Position numbers and translations under genes: made by a program. Positions 62,480 to 64,000 of a stretch of DNA of 64,000 bases are shown in pieces. Below the pieces are notes generated by a model. The model searched no databases, was not told the origin of the DNA, and was given only the letters and a program-made list of their open reading frames with translations. The stretch is taken from assembly GCA_045601385.1 (NCBI GenBank), contig JAZRZM010000005.1, positions 823 through 64,822 of the forward strand, in the 5' to 3' direction. Source of the DNA: Clostridia bacterium (lineage in GTDB: Bacteria; Bacillota; Clostridia; Christensenellales; DTU072). Positions within the stretch are counted from its first letter, which is position 1; the number at the start of each line of letters is the position of its first letter.

Positions 62480-63309
62480 TTTTCTCCTTTGGCAGCCAAA
62501 ACCTGCTCGGTGCGGCTCCTAAAACCGCGATATATGATGTTGGATAACGCGCCTTCGCCGACGGTCGCGTCGATGTCTTTATACCCCTCGATAATCCGAT
62601 CGATACAGTCGTACAAAAGGGGGCGCGCTTGTTTTTCCACGTCGTCGAAACAAAAGTCTTCTCCGCAAAAAGAAAGAAACGGATTATAACAACCTTTGGA
62701 AAAATCCCTCTTTGCGTCGTCGGTCGCGTCGATAAGATAAACCCATTTCCCGACGTAGAACAATAGTTTTTTCAACGGCGCGTCGGCTTTTTTTGTCAGA
62801 CTTTCGCCGCACGCCATCATGATTTGTCCGAAAAGTTCTCCTATGCAGGCGGCGTTTTTTTTCGCCTTTTCGCTCTCCCGTATACGATTATACCCTTCCT
62901 GCACCTTTTTTGTCAAATCGGGCATACGTTTCGCCGCTTTCTTAAAGGCAGGTTTCAGCACGGCTTTCCATACGCGGTGCCTGTTTTCGTCCGTCACGTC
63001 GTCACTCGCCTTAAAATAGCCCAGTATTATATTGATATCGGCTACGCGCCCGAGAATGTCGCTGTCCTTTATCGACGGGACTTTGCTTATCGGATGCGTT
63101 ATGCAATGTTCTTCGCAAAAAATCGGTTCTGCGTCCTCATAATTATAACCGAGCAGAGCCAACAAAACAATGTCGTAATTGAGGGTGAACCGCATCGCCG
63201 TCCCGTACCGTCTGCCGATCGCTTTACACAAGCCGCAATAATAGGAACGGTACGTTTGGTAATCCTTAATCAGGATATTGGGTTTATCAATAACGACATA
63301 ACCGAACAT
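62452..63309 (-). CDS. DUF5685-like Cys/His-rich protein
   Basis: Starts MFGYVVIDKPNILIKDYQTYRSYYCGLCKAIGRRYG..., which I recall as the N-terminal signature of DUF5685. ATG at 63309. 28-nt overlap with the J-like gene. Confidence 0.6.
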   Translation of the reverse strand: MFGYVVIDKPNILIKDYQTYRSYYCGLCKAIGRRYGTAMRFTLNYDIVLLALLGYNYEDAEPIFCEEHCITHPISKVPSIKDSDILGRVADINIILGYFKASDDVTDENRHRVWKAVLKPAFKKAAKRMPDLTKKVQEGYNRIRESEKAKKNAACIGELFGQIMMACGESLTKKADAPLKKLLFYVGKWVYLIDATDDAKRDFSKGCYNPFLSFCGEDFCFDDVEKQARPLLYDCIDRIIEGYKDIDATVGEGALSNIIYRGFRSRTEQVLAAKGEKCKETHLKF

Positions 63310-63316
63310 ATTTTGT

Positions 63317-64000
63317 TTACACCAAACCGACTTTGCGATAGACTTTGGAAAGCGTCCTACGCGCGATGGCGCTCGCCTTTTCGGCTCCTTTTTTTGCCGT
63401 CTCCAACACAAAGTCCTTGTTCTTCATATAGTCGAGATACCGTTCGCGAATGGGACGGAGTTTTTCGACGACGGCTTCGCCGACAGCCGTTTTCAGTTCG
63501 GCATAGCCTTTCCCCTCGAAGTCGCGTTCGAGCGTCTCGATAGGCGTATCGGTGACCGAAGAAAAAATCGTCAAAAGGTTACTCACCCCCGGTTTATTTT
63601 CTTCGTCATACCGCACGCGTCCGTCGCAGTCGGTGACCGCGCGCTTAAACTTGCGCATGATGTCGTCGGGCGTATCAATCAGGCTGACCGTCGCGTTGAC
63701 GTCGGGATCGGACTTGCTCATCTTTTTGGTCGGATCCTGCAAAGAAAAGACCTTCGATCCCTGCTTGCCGATATAGGCTTCGGGCACGGTGAAAGTCGGG
63801 CTGTACAAGTTATTGAACCGTATCGCAAGATCGCGCGACAGTTCGAGATGTTGTTTCTGGTCGATACCCACCGGCACATAGTCGGTTTGATACAAAAGAA
63901 TATCGCTCGCCATCAGCACGGGATAATCGAGCAGTCCCATATTGATATTATCCGCGTGTTTTGCCGATTTATCCTTAAATTGAGTCATCCGTTGCGCTTC
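63317..64000 (-). CDS. trpS: tryptophan--tRNA ligase, C-terminal about 228 codons (gene continues off the right edge)
   Basis: GIDQKQHLELSRD and KMSKS. The frame stays open to position 64000 (…EAQRMTQFKDK). Confidence 0.9.
   Translation of the reverse strand, partial: EAQRMTQFKDKSAKHADNINMGLLDYPVLMASDILLYQTDYVPVGIDQKQHLELSRDLAIRFNNLYSPTFTVPEAYIGKQGSKVFSLQDPTKKMSKSDPDVNATVSLIDTPDDIMRKFKRAVTDCDGRVRYDEENKPGVSNLLTIFSSVTDTPIETLERDFEGKGYAELKTAVGEAVVEKLRPIRERYLDYMKNKDFVLETAKKGAEKASAIARRTLSKVYRKVGLV

Overview
This 64 kb window looks like a chromosomal segment of a Firmicutes/Clostridia-type bacterium at roughly 50% GC. The taxon call is an inference from gene content: secA-prfB linkage, whiA, feoAB plus the Cys-rich Feo partner, type III glutamine synthetase, PolC-type dnaE and lipobox lipoproteins. 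All calls come from reading the ORF translations and the DNA by eye. No database search, HMM or folding program was run, so every family name rests on motif recognition.

About 50 genes are supportable. Most are housekeeping: tsaD, prfB, secA, recR, ybaB, maf, ppx/gppA-family, guaB, glnN-type GS, dnaE, whiA, murB, uvrC, ung, trpS and one tRNA-Gly(CCC). No CRISPR array, rRNA, integrase, intact IS element or recognisable defence system is visible.

The parts I consider most worth follow-up:
1. A 2,563-codon lipoprotein gene (51994-59685). It is built from Ig-like domains plus three classes of internal repeat I cannot name. An HUH-less Y1-transposase-like gene follows it directly.
2. A cysteine-rich cluster at 60.5-63.3 kb. 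It has an HPD-less J-like protein with 11 Cys in its last 28 residues, a DUF5685-like Cys/His protein, a polytopic membrane protein, and nearby an ArsR-type regulator divergent from a 69-aa protein with 9 Cys.
3. A phased array of DnaA boxes at 23.6-23.8 kb with no dnaA nearby.
4. An MreB homologue whose three nucleotide-binding motifs are all degenerate. It sits in a tight ppx-maf-X-X-ybaB-recR operon.
5. Three intergenic repeat structures (a duplicated tRNA 3' end, 92-bp tandem repeats, 160-bp tandem repeats) that share hairpin cores.

I cannot show that any of these is truly undescribed. That needs the searches listed under each finding.
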